Assembly: GCA_048013815.1 (NCBI GenBank)
Contig: CM106585.1
Coordinates: 1,550,001-1,614,000, forward strand
DNA length: 64,000 bases
Direction: 5' to 3'
From: Setoptus koraiensis
Lineage: Eukaryota; Animalia; Arthropoda
The translations under genes and the position numbers were made by a program. Every line of letters starts with the position of its first letter. Position 1 is the stretch's first letter. Under the pieces are notes generated by a model. That model saw only the letters and a program-made list of their open reading frames with translations. It searched no databases and was not told where the DNA came from. Shown here piece after piece: positions 39,071 to 50,900 of this stretch.

Positions 39071-39798
39071 TCGCAGCTTCAACATTTACGATGGGAGCTA
39101 TTTAAATTAGTAATATACATCAGATATAATGTGTAAGAAATATCTTCAACAATGCAAAATCTCAGTAATAATTGAAGCAGTCGATTGATTGATTATAATT
39201 ATTTTATTAGGTCAAACAACGCTTTCACAGATTCCTCACTTCACTACATGTATAGGGTGGAGCAAGCAAGCCAGCATAGTCCAAAAGCTCCTGTGCAGCG
39301 CACAAGCACAGAGAGTGCAAAGTAGTATTATGTGCTTGTGTTGTACCGTGGCGCTAAACACGCTCAAAGTCTTGCTTACGCAGAAACTGTGCGATTTGAG
39401 TAAGCACGGGTTTTTCTGATGCACCTATATTAGTTTAAAAAAGGTCCGCGAGGGCGGCGCTGCAGTGCATTCTTCGTTGAACAAAGTGTGAGCAGCGCCT
39501 CTGTTGGATATTTCTTAAAACATCGGTGCACATTGGAAGCAGCGCGCAGTGTGTGTGTGCAGAAAATGCACTGTGGAAGGCAGCGTAGCATAAACAGTAG
39601 AAACTTGGGCAGTTGCTTGCTCCACCCTATATTTGTAAATAAAGCAAACATCCTGCAAGAACCACATGTGCTCCACACATATGCTTGCAATTTATTTTTC
39701 GTATTCGCGCAAGACGCGCTTTTTTTTTTCATTCAATTTCTCCGATGTTATCATAAATATAGACAGAATATAATAATTAATTGTTAACTGTTACAAAT
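39071..39798 (+). repeat. Duplicate of the EFL1 upstream region (34384-34733) carrying a MITE insertion
   Basis: TCGCAGCTTCAACATTTACGATGGGAGC...GTTAACTGTTACAAAT is nearly identical in both places apart from the 39247-39631 insert. Confidence 0.92.
39251..39631. mobile_element. Tc1/mariner-like MITE (377 bp core, 17-bp perfect TIR, TA TSD)
   Basis: TA|TAGGGTGGAGCAAGCAA...TTGCTTGCTCCACCCTA|TA. The empty site in the paralogous region reads CACTATTTGTA (34555-34565). Confidence 0.85.
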
Positions 39799-40063
39799 AA
39801 GGATTTCATGCAATGATCATCCTCAGACGGCGTTCTAAAGGTTGCTTACATATCTAAAATCTCACCTTTCGAAAAGAAGACTAAAAGAGGGACAGAATCG
39901 GGAATTATTTTGGTAGCATTCGCTCGAACATTCTGTAGCAAACTATCTGTAGGCGATGGGCTATTTGTTCTTGGACCTAAAAATGATCCTAGTAAGTTCA
40001 TAGATGTGATAACTATAGATCTCAACGAAAGGCTAGAAGAACTGGACGTCGATATGGTAAATG
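39799..40063 (+). pseudogene. EFL1: EFL1 pseudogene fragment 1
   Basis: Matches 35957-36211 plus 36665-36674. It carries a TGC>TGA stop and an internal deletion of ~450 bp with CGAT microhomology. Confidence 0.9.
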
Positions 40064-41220
40064 TCGACTGCCACAGAGCTCAATTCTGTAACGTGTAAAT
40101 AAGGACACTTGACACATCTCACACTGGATCATATCGAGCTAGACGATCTAAATGAGTTGAACGAAGTGATTCCGAGTCTTGCCGAACATCTGTTGCATCT
40201 CAGCATGATTGGAATTAAACGAAAACTCTTCATAGATCTTCACAACCTCAACGAACACAGAGTAGTGTATGTGTTGCGTTCCCTCGATATCAGGAGGAAC
40301 ATCATTGATGATGGTTAGGGACAACAAAATCGGCGGTTAAGAATCGAGAAATTCGGTTTTTAAATGAGCAAACCCTACGGTTTTTCGGTTTTTTCGGTTT
40401 TAATGAAAATTTTTATATTGAATTCCTACAACAATATCTAGTTGCAAGTTGCAACTGTCAAAAAAGAGAGCCACTGTTCAGCAGACAGACTGACGCCGAG
40501 TGGCGCAGTTTGAACAACAACGCAATCAAACACTGTGTGCTAATCGCTTCAACTGACCGTCTGTCATAGCAACAACAGCACACGTTTTTAAGCATAAAAT
40601 AGATGAAAATCGGCGTTTTCGGTGTTAACAAATGCGTCTCAAACGACGTATCTAGTTGTACTATGTCGCCCTACAAATTTTCAGGACTGTATCTCCACTC
40701 GTTGTGGATCGGTTTTTAACCTATTTTGTTGTCTCTAATGATGGTACTGAACCCGAGCTAGAGGATTTAGGCGATTTAGGCGATACAGGATCTTTTATCG
40801 AGGCATGTCAGCAATTGGACAGCCTATGTTGAAAGACGAAGAACTGGTGCCTGAATCGACACATTATCTTTCCAATATCCAATTGAGAACTCTTGTTCTT
40901 GATCAATATTACGGCTCGTTGGCAGGTATTAACGTACCAACAATAATAAGCGGCGAACAAGCTCAATCACATTATGAAAGAAGCACTAACCGTGCGAAAA
41001 AACCTACAAAGATTTCCCCTCAAAAAGAGATACGTGATTTGGAGGATACCGTGTCTTCAATATACAATAAATACTGGCTACCAGATTGCCGACAAAAAAT
41101 ATCCACTATACGATGGAAGCAAGAATCTCGAAAAGGTAAACATTTTCTATTTGCGAAGATAGATCGCCAAACTCTGAATGAGTCATTTAAAAGGAAAATT
41201 CATCCTTCCAACAAGTTGAG
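40064..41220 (+). pseudogene. Degraded LRR-like gene fragment inserted into the EFL1 pseudogene
   Basis: LTHLTLDHIELDDL and LRSLDIRRNIIDDG resemble LxxLxLxxNxIxDxG repeats. The frame continues across the hAT insert (DDG|TEPELED...ACQQLDSLC*), followed by a shifted 146-aa ORF at 40805-41245. Confidence 0.4.
40316..40737. mobile_element. hAT-like MITE (422 bp) with a perfect 8-bp TSD
   Basis: ATGATGGT|TAGGGACAACAAAATCGG...TTAACCTATTTTGTTGTCTCTA|ATGATGGT, with subterminal CGGTTTT repeats. An 8-bp TSD with TAG-start TIRs is characteristic of hAT elements. Confidence 0.88.
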
Positions 41221-41395
41221 AAACTGTCGACGATTCAAACCTTGAAACAAGTGCCTTAAGAAAATTAACTCTCCAGACTCCCATAGAATTATTCACGCCC
41301 AACAGAAGATGCTGTGTCAGAATAAAAGCCTCACCATTACCTGATGAGGTCTCGAAACTACTACTCGATAGTGTTGAGTTACTGGGGTTCATCGC
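41221..41395 (+). pseudogene. EFL1: EFL1 pseudogene fragment 2
   Basis: Matches 36675-36849 and continues directly from where fragment 1 stops. Confidence 0.9.
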
Positions 41396-41610
41396 GAATA
41401 TTTAATGAAACAGTCTGCGCTCGGCTGCACGTTTTTTGGGCGACAGTTGCGCCTCTGCCGGATTTTTAGTATACAGAGTAAACAGCTGTCGTTACATAAC
41501 TGTGTCTTTGTGATTTGATGTTTTCCTTTCTTCATTGATTTTGTTTTCTCGACATTATTTATTCAAATCAATATTTGTATTACTATTTTTCCCTACTTAT
41601 TAGTAGCAAA

Positions 41611-42159
41611 ATGGTGCTCACTGACGACATTCATTTGCCCGATGAGAAGGAGCTCAATCACCAGGAGCTACCCGTTAATGCGTACATCCTGAAGGCCAGC
41701 GCTATGCATCTGGGAAAATACTGCGACTTTCAATGTAAGGAGTACATGCTTTGTAGAAAAGAAGAGAGAGATCCAAGGACATGTCTAAAATACGGACAGG
41801 ACGTTACAGAATGTGGTATGGATTTCTACAAAAAAGTCAAAAAGAGTTGTAGAGGCGAATTAGAATGGTACTCATCGTGTTTGGAATTCACCAACAGCGA
41901 GACAGCCTATCTAAAATGTCGTAACGAGCAAGCCATTTACGATACATGCATGGATCAGGCTGGTTTTGAGCGTGCACCTTTTGGTCACTTCTTAAGAGTG
42001 AGAGTCCATGAATCGGAACGACCGAAACCCAAACCATTTGTACCTATCTTCCCAGATGCTGTTGAAGGATTTGACTTTGAAAACAAGGATGTGCCAGAAG
42101 TGTCGGTTGGTGGTAAGAGACCATTATTATGGTTGTGGAGCATGATACCAGGTATGTGA
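41611..42159 (+). CDS. NDUFA8: NDUFA8, copy B, 182 aa
   Basis: The protein is identical to copy A. I saw only one synonymous change (GAT/GAC, codon 5) when comparing by eye. Confidence 0.92.
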   Translation: MVLTDDIHLPDEKELNHQELPVNAYILKASAMHLGKYCDFQCKEYMLCRKEERDPRTCLKYGQDVTECGMDFYKKVKKSCRGELEWYSSCLEFTNSETAYLKCRNEQAIYDTCMDQAGFERAPFGHFLRVRVHESERPKPKPFVPIFPDAVEGFDFENKDVPEVSVGGKRPLLWLWSMIPGM

Positions 42160-42588
42160 GCAGGCCTCGGATGGACAACGTTCTTCCAGTTCCACCAATG
42201 ATTGTTGCCACCTCCATAATCTTGGCGTGCCTTTGATCCACCTTTGGTGCCATAAGACGATTGGAAAATCGGCGTTTGCGATACTGGAACGTTATTAATT
42301 GGATAGCCTTCTTGGGTGATGCTTTATGGATGCACAATATGAGCTCAGATAGAGAGCAAAGTTAGCAAATTGATTGATATCAGATCCATGGAAATAGAAA
42401 CTTTTTTCAGATTGGATAGCTTACCCAGGGTAATAGCCGCCATATTCTAATCCATCATCATTGTAAGGTCCTTGTAGATTATATGCAGAGTCAGTCAACT
42501 CTACCACATCTAGTAGCTGAAAAAAATAACCCATAGCAATAAACGCAATACACGATTTGAGGTTGGATTTACTCCGTTGCTTTGACAT
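41985..42588 (-). CDS. Predicted spliced 166-aa Gly/Tyr/Ser-rich secreted protein overlapping NDUFA8 copy B in antisense
   Basis: Exon 42588-42425 (MSKQRSKSNLKSCIAFIAMGYFFQLLDVVELTDSAYNLQGPYNDDGLEYGGYYPG) is followed by a 103-nt intron GTAAGC...GCTAAC...ATAAAG. Exon 42321-41985 is in phase and open for 111 codons. Confidence 0.45.
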
Positions 42589-43561
42589 TTCAGCAGTCTT
42601 CTTCCAGTTGAAACTATCTGTCGTGTTGGTTATTGGTACTTTGGTGGTAGCGAATCTATTATTTATTTGCCTGTATCTTGTTTACTTGATTGAATAATTC
42701 GAGACAATGTTTCTTCTATGTTAACTTGTCAACAACTGAGCTCTATTTTCTTAATCTTGAACTTTTTATCAATTTCCAATCCCTAGCAAATCAAGTAGAA
42801 CCGGTGAAGCACATCAATTTCGCAATAGAAAGACTCTCTTGAAGAAATTTCGGAGATTCGACAACTAGAAAAGTGCACGGCTCATTTGAGCGACTGCAAG
42901 TTGTAATTGGTAGTTCAAACCGAAATAAGTCTATTGTTAATCTTGATTCAATGTGATGTGTGATTACAATTTCACACATCAGAATCACAAGAAGCAATCA
43001 GATCAGCTAGAGGCATCTAAGTAAACACGAACTATTACAAATGTTGACTTAATAGTAATTAGAAAGAAGTTGCTGTCTCTATAGCTTTGATTTTTTTTCT
43101 CAAGTTTTTCTCTGAAATTTTAAAATGACTACTTATTATGGTTTGAGAATTCCATTGATGACAAATAATCATCTTTAACGACGAGAGCAAGGCAAACAAA
43201 ATGATAAGACAATCCAACAGGTTTGTTTAATTTAGTATAAACAATTGAACACTATGAACTATGACGACCGCACCGATGTTGCTATGAAATCAGAACATCA
43301 TAGTCTATTGCATTTTTTCGCTTGATATATCTTGATGATGTTGCACGATTTCTTCAAAATCTCAACAGCACCATGCAATCGTCTCTTTTACTCTCTGCTG
43401 CGATTAAATATCCAATACGATGGTGAATACCTTGAGCAATTTGTGCAGAATTGAAGATGTCGAGCGAATATAATAACTCATTGAACACCCTCCAGTTTAT
43501 CCATTTGCAGTCGTGCATAACTTAATGGATGTGTCGACAATCGCAGTAGAATGAATGGATA

Positions 43562-44707
43562 TTATTCATTCCTAGAGAGAGCATTAATGGTTGCCTCCAG
43601 TGTTGTTGCGAGTAAGTCGGTGCAATTATTGTAACTACAAATGTTCAATTTGTCAGAAAAATCATTTGTCAATTGACTTCCACCACTGCAAAAGCAAACA
43701 AACTTTTTGAGTTTTTGCAATGTCGGATTCCTTCTTACACTATCTAATAAGCTCTCGTCGAATTTGTCAAAGTCGTCGTGATATACATTCTCTTTCGTCG
43801 TTGCTGAAGGAATTTTCCGTTCCAAAGTTAGGCCAACTTTCAATTTTGTTTCCAGTGATCTCTCATTAGCTTCTGTCCGTTTGATAGTAATATGTGTTAT
43901 TTTATTTATTATTTGACATGTTGCTGTAGCCTTCAGCCATCTCTTAATGATGGATGCACCGTCTTGTAACTTTGAATCAATTCTCTTATCTTTAACATCG
44001 TACCCTAGAGAGGCCAGTCTAGCCACAGGCAATATCGTGTATGTGTAATGAGGTTGCAATAATAAACAATCTGCTCTCAGTTGATCTAATTTCTCCATAG
44101 TCTTTTCAGATAATTCGATTTCTTTAAAATGATAACTGTCTCTATCCATTATATCATCTAAGTAAATGATACTTTCTAAATTAGAAGCAACATAGTGTTG
44201 ACCTCGATGGTGTCCATCGTACATCGGGCTTGATACATCTAGCTCGATCAGTCTATTCAAGGCCCCAACAATACTTTCTTCCTCTGTGTCCTGCTGAGCA
44301 ACACTTAGTCGGACCAGAATGAGTTTTTTGCAGGTGAGCGTCACCTGTTTTGCATATAGCACAAAAAATTTCTCTAATTTATTAGACGGAAGTGCCGCAT
44401 TTCTGTTGGCGATACGTTCATTATGATATGTGATCAAACTATCTATATATTGAGGCGAACACACATTATTATTTTTCGCTTTTATTAAATCTTCCAATTG
44501 GTCTAAATCATTTTTAGCCTCCTCATCCATAGATTTTTTTGCCGATTCAGATGCGTATACGGACGCAACAAAATTTGTGAATTCTTCAAATATTTCATGT
44601 TCTGTGTCACTCTTGGCGACAGCATGATGAACCTGGAACAGTGATGTCACTAGAATGAGACATATCGAGGCCAATCCAGGTACCGCTATTTGCTTCAGCG
44701 AAAACAT
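43562..44707 (-). CDS. Intronless secreted protein of unknown function (~381 aa)
   Basis: Signal peptide-like MFSLKQIAVPGLASICLILVTSLFQVHHAVA, followed by a long helical-looking ORF with spaced Cys residues. No family recognised. Confidence 0.75.
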   Translation of the reverse strand: MFSLKQIAVPGLASICLILVTSLFQVHHAVAKSDTEHEIFEEFTNFVASVYASESAKKSMDEEAKNDLDQLEDLIKAKNNNVCSPQYIDSLITYHNERIANRNAALPSNKLEKFFVLYAKQVTLTCKKLILVRLSVAQQDTEEESIVGALNRLIELDVSSPMYDGHHRGQHYVASNLESIIYLDDIMDRDSYHFKEIELSEKTMEKLDQLRADCLLLQPHYTYTILPVARLASLGYDVKDKRIDSKLQDGASIIKRWLKATATCQIINKITHITIKRTEANERSLETKLKVGLTLERKIPSATTKENVYHDDFDKFDESLLDSVRRNPTLQKLKKFVCFCSGGSQLTNDFSDKLNICSYNNCTDLLATTLEATINALSRNE

Positions 44708-45303
44708 TACCACCAAAACTTATTGAAGAAAACACTCGTGAAAATATGAGGAAATATCAGACTTTTATTTTCATTTCACAATGGATATTTTGTTTGCAAT
44801 CAAGAAAATGAAACAATATTAACATTTTTCTGTCAGCGACATTGTGATCTATTTTTGACGCAAATAAATAATTCAGCTCTCTATAAATAATTCAGTCTGA
44901 GAGAGACAAATGTCGGCTATTTTTGAAAGTCGTTCTTATGAAAATTCATCCTTATCAACTTTAACTTGGCCACACAGGGATAGATGAAACAAGATATTTC
45001 GTTTTGTTTTGTACGTTTGTCAAATTACATTTATTTCTATTCTAATCAACATCTATTAGCTGATTGTGGTTGGTTCTGTGCGCGTCGTACATGATAGACG
45101 CAATTCCAAATGACGGCCACACCAATCTTATGGTAATGAGCTCATCTAGTCCACTCTTGAGACAAAGTACGACGGCTTTCTCTCTACTCGGGCGTATATT
45201 TCCGTTTGGCAGAGATTACGTTGGTTAGTTGAATTGAATATAAGTGCAATGTATTAAATTTATAGCATCGGAATCATGTGGATATCAACAAATGAATGAA
45301 TTT

Positions 45304-47887
45304 TCATAATGATGTCAAACATTGGCTATTTTCACTATTGTTGTCAGACGATCCGTCATTGTTTGGATCGCGTCTATTTGGTTGAAATTGTGGCGGTGGC
45401 GGCGGCGGGGGCAGCGGCGGCGTTGGTGGTGAGGATGGTGGCGACGAGGGTGACGATGACGCCGGCTTTTGCTGCTGCTGCTGACCACTATTAACGCCAG
45501 ATAACATTCGTTGTGCATGATGTAATTGTGATGGATGGTCTCCTTGATGTGATTGAGCTAAATGGATGGGATGATTTGTAATTAGCCGATGAGCGCCGCC
45601 ACGATTTGTCAGCTCTATCAGAGCTGTTCCATTTTTTGATCTAGACGCAGATATATCAGCATTGTTGATAGCGGTGCCCTTGCAACCGGACTCATTTCGC
45701 ATCTGGTGACCGGAAGAGCTAGCAGTGGCTAGCGGTGTGTCATCAGCGGTTGCTGTTGCTGGCTCGGCGCGTCTTCTATCAATCGTGACACTGGCCGGCT
45801 GTTGCTGTTTGTTTGTCTGCAAATCAGACACAATTGTTGCTGTTTGTGGTTGGTGTTGTTGTTGTGGAATTTGATTTCGGAATGATGCGTCACTTTGGAT
45901 TATTTTCTTTTGTTTAACTATATTGTTACTCTTATTTCTTTTATTATTTACATGTTTTGTCCACTGAGGTTTGCCAACGGCACTCTGAGCTGCCGACTTT
46001 GACTGGACCATCACTATTCTGCCATCGTGAGTGAAATCGTCGGTATCCTGATCGTCGTCTTCATCACGGTCATCACGGTCATCATCGTGGTTGTCGTCAG
46101 CGCCGTTATTATCACCTCCTCTGTTAGAGTGCGACCTATTGGCACTGTTACCGTACCTGTCCCCTCTTGAGCGTCTGTCATGTTGTTGTTCTTCTTCGTC
46201 GAGATCGTCTCCGTCTCCCTGCTCATCGTCGTCGTCGTCATCGTCGTCGTCGTCGGCATCATCCAACTGTTCGTAACCGTCTTCATCGTCGTCGTCATTA
46301 TCATAACTGTCATTATCCATTTCGTTGGCTCGTCGTTTGCTGCCACTAGCGGCTTGTCGATGTTTTGCCGCTGCTCCCATTTGTTTATTCATCATCAACG
46401 TTTGGCTATTATCGTCATCATTATTAATATTTGCCAAAACAGACACGCCACCGGATGTGCCATCAACTGTCTTCATGTCCAAACTGGCGCTTGTAATCAA
46501 TGATGAATTGTTGCTACCGCTGTTCCATCTCGATTGTTCATCTAGAACTTTGTGCTGGTGACAAGATTTCATTGCCACCGATTGATTTGGATAATGACTG
46601 TGACGGCGATGTTTTGATTGTTGTTGTTGCTGTTGTTGTTGCTGCTGCTGCTGCTGAACGGACCCCACTTGGTCAATCGAGGCCAGATGCTTTAAGTTGG
46701 CCTTGTTGTGGTGGGTCATTGTCATGGCAACTTGAGCCGACAAACAGGTGCCAAGCGTCGAGTTGGCGGCCGCCTGAAGAGCGTGCATAGCGATCGAAGT
46801 GTCAGAGCAAGTGTTTTGCTGTTGTTGTTGATGTTGTTGTTGAGCAATATTGACATGTTGAGAACAGCAATCAGCTGCCGATTGGTTTTCCGGCGTCGAT
46901 ACAGCGTCTTGATTTGGTTGCATTTCCATCATAACATTTGCATTTTTGCTTTGTTTTTTGCTGCCCTGTTGTTGCCTTGAGCTATTGTCAGTGTTGCTTC
47001 TATAGGCGCTATTTGCGGATCTATTACCGGCGACATTCTGGTGATGATGATACTGTTGTTGAGTGTCTACCAGCGATTGTTGATTATGACGAAGTTGTTG
47101 ATTACTATTGCGCAACGTTGCTCTCGGATCATTGTTGGCCGTGTGAACGAGCTGTGCCTGCTGGTGATAGAGGCCTCCCTGAGTGGTCACTGCCACTAGA
47201 TCGGCCCCACAAGAAAACGGACCGGGCCCGCTGGAGGTGGCTCGCACATTTGATGAATGTTGCTCACAAGCATTATTATTATTGTTGTTGTTGTTGTTGT
47301 TGTTGTCCGAGGAATGTTGCTGGTTCAAGCTGCGAACGCTCGCTCCATGGCCCAGACCGTAATTATCGTGTGGTCGTTGATTTGTGTGTGTCAAACTCGA
47401 ATTGGTTGTTGTATCTAGATCGTTGTTGTTTGTGGTTGTTGTGCAACTGTCAAATTCGGTCTCAATGTCATTGCCGGCCAAAGTGTTTTGATTATTCAGA
47501 TCGTCTTCATTGTCGTCGTCGTAGTCGTCATAAATGCACGAACAATGATGACAGCAACTACTACAACATTCGCTGCAATGATCCAAAGAAGAAATGGATT
47601 GACTTCCATGCATAACAGCTGATTGTTGATTGTTGTCAAGCATTTCGCCAGTGGTGTGTCCTTGATGATAGTGGCACGAAGTTGACGTTTTGCCATTGTT
47701 GTTGCCATTGGTGCCAGTGGTGCCGTTATTACAGTTGTAACGATGATGCAACGAGCAAGCGGATCCATTGAATTTGTTTTTATTTAACTGCACTTTATTA
47801 GGTTGCTGTTCCTGATCTTGCTGCTGATATCCACTTGGTGACATCTTGATTTTTGCGCGTATTATCTGAGCGTGTTGCTGCTGTTGT

Positions 47888-47919
<32 letters not shown>

Positions 47920-50900
47920 TTGCTGCTGCTGACTTCCGGTCATAATAGAACGCTGCTGAACGATGGTATAGTTTTGGTTAGTGTTGCCGGTTTGATTGGC
48001 GCATTGGAATTGGCTCTTCTGTTGTTGGTTGCGTTGCTGGTGAACTGCACCAGTGTCGGTGTCGTTGTTGTTGATATCTGTGCCACCACTAATACTTTGC
48101 TGTTGGTTACTAGAGGAAGACAATGACGATCTTGTTTTAATTGTGTGCGTATCAGAGCCATAATTGTGCTTGTGTATCATTGTCAAACAGGTTGTGTTGG
48201 TTGTTGGCGCTATTATGCTAGCGAGAGCACCGCCAACAACACCACATTCGTGCTGACCAGAGACAGACATTTGACTGTTCTGATTGTGACGCTGATGCAA
48301 ATGTTGCTGATAGGCACTCTGCTGATGCGTATGGTGATGCTGATGCAAATGGTGCGAATGATGATGCAAATTATTATGTGTTGTGCCGGCTTGTTGTTGT
48401 TTGTTGTTGGTGACATTTTGGTGATAACTGTTCATTGCCGTGGTAGTGCCACTAGTGGTTGGTGTTCCGCTGTTGTTTGCACCGTCATTGGTCACAAAAC
48501 CAATATTGGTGGCGCCACTGTTACTTCCGCTGTTGTTGCCCAATTGGGAGCCGCTCGGAGTGTGCTCTTGTACACCTTTTGCCATTTGCGAATCTATTTC
48601 GAAGCGTCCACGATTCGATCCAACCAGGTACATTCGGTTACGTGATATATCACAACATTTAGACAGTATCACAACATTTAGACAGTATCACAACATTTAG
48701 ACAGTATTACAATATTTAGAAGCAAACGGTCAGTCACATGAACAGTTTCAATGTAACAACAAGTATCTGTCTTGGCTGCGACAACTCACCTTGATTTATT
48801 ATGGCCGAAGTGGTGCTCATGGCGCCTCCGCTGCCGTCTGGCTGGGTGTTTGTTTGGCCGCAATTGCTTGCGTGTGAAGACACTGTCTTGTAGGGTCGCT
48901 TATATGTGTTGCTGTTCATGGTCAATTTTCGGACATTTTTATCCGGATTAAAGAGAATGATGTGCACCTTGGGCGCAAACAAACAAAACAGGGTGACGTA
49001 AGCGGACAAAGATATCGAGACGCACATTGTCATGGATTGAATCTGTTGCGCCAAGAAAGAATTGGGCAGAGACAGAGAGAAACAGCTTATTAGACAGGTG
49101 AGCAGAGAGGCCAAATTGGGCGAGGCCAATAATTGGGCATGACAAATACCTCTGAGGAGCTCATTGTTCCGTAATATAGTGGCACAAAGGCAAGCCAAAT
49201 GACACAAGTGGTGTACATGGTGAAACCGATAAACTTTGACTCGTTGAAATTTTCCGGTATTTTGCGCGTCTTAATGGCATAATAAGTTGATAATGTAATG
49301 AGTAACATGTTGTAAGCCAGACTCAATATGAAATTTTTTCCTGATGCTTTGCATCGCAAAATAACCTGTGCCTTGTGGTATTCGAACAGTATGCCCGGTT
49401 CCTCGATGAGAAGCCACAGGCCGGTCAATAGTACCTAAAATAACGTAGTACAATTATAAAAGTGTAAGTATATGAGTGAATAAATTGCATAATATTTGAG
49501 CTATGATAATAATATGTTTGCATGACCGTTATCAGTGTACAGCACTGATCGACCACCTCTGCCAGCAACAACCAGTGTCCACCAGAAAAGAATCCAACTA
49601 CAACTAAGTATCTGGACGAATATTTTCACTGCACTAAACTGTACTCACACATCTCAATTCTATCCAATTCAATTTGATTCAAGTACATTAGTGTCAGTGT
49701 TTGCGAAAAAGAATGATTGATTAGTGGCGGCCCTATTAATGGGGCCCGCCGCTGTCCGTCACAACATTGTGCATGATTGATAAGTTCATTTGTTAATGTG
49801 ACTGTTGCACCATGGCCATCAACTCACTGCTCTCTGGTGACCATTATAATATATCGAAATGAGAGATTAGATTAAATCAGTCACTACAACACAGCAACGA
49901 CATTAGTAAATGGGCCACCAGAGTCATGTGGTCATCATCATGATGGTTTGTCTCAATCGCAGTCGCAATTTAGTACCAAGTGATTAGCATATGTCATTTG
50001 CTTCTAACCCGATTACCACGACACAATATTGAAGACATGTTAATACGATTACTCGTGGACTTTGGGACTTATGGTCGCATTGATTGGTCAAAGATCAGCC
50101 TCGGTTCTGGTGACGAAAATGCAACAAACACACAAATTCACTCGAATCATGAATTAATAGAACATGGAATATTGATATTTTCATCACTCAGTTCAATGTC
50201 AAAACTATGTTATCCGGCTACAATCATCATCTTTCAAGACCTGCCCTGTTCTGTTTAGGCAAATATGCATCATACATGATGTGATTGGAATAGAATAATC
50301 AGGCAAAAACTACTGAACTACACACTTGGCCTTTGCTCCATTTGCCACTCATAGAGGTTGCTATTTTCACCTGGGACATTGCCTAAGGAATATTCTATAG
50401 AATGTCTATGTCATCGAAAGCTGGCTCATTATCAGTTGCCCACTTCCGGTCTTATTTGTGTCGCTCGAATGGTCGATTGACCTTGATTGACATCAGCCCG
50501 TGCAAGGTACCTACCTGGAAGCCTACCAAAACGGCAGTGATGACGAACTGTGATCTGGGCGAAGTAAATCTGACCTTTTGAGCGGATCTGGTTGCGCTCA
50601 TAAATATACGCGCTATCCTGTTTGTTTTAACCAAAAGCGAGCCATACATTAGCGAGAAACCAAAATTAACCTACGCCCACGCACATTGAATTGCATATGT
50701 TGATTTGATTAGATTAGTAGGTTTGTTTAATGTCATCATCATGATGCAGGGGCGGCATGAGATGATTTGCATAAAATAAAAAGATATGTATGTTGGTGTG
50801 ACTGGCAAATGACGTAACGACTCAAGTCTCAGGTTCAGTGCCTGCTGAATAGCCTCATGTGTACTTACCATAAAACGCTGACAGCCACACACTAAACCGG

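Noticed and set aside
38447-39136. Four ORFs spanning the second N-gap
   Set aside because: They consist almost entirely of X residues.
45309-48700. Many overlapping 60-225 aa ORFs on both strands
   Set aside because: They are shadow frames of the trinucleotide-repeat-rich mGluR tail exon.
48648-48720. Tandem repeats considered as a possible CRISPR-like array
   Set aside because: The units are contiguous with no spacers, the context is a eukaryotic intron, and there are no cas genes.
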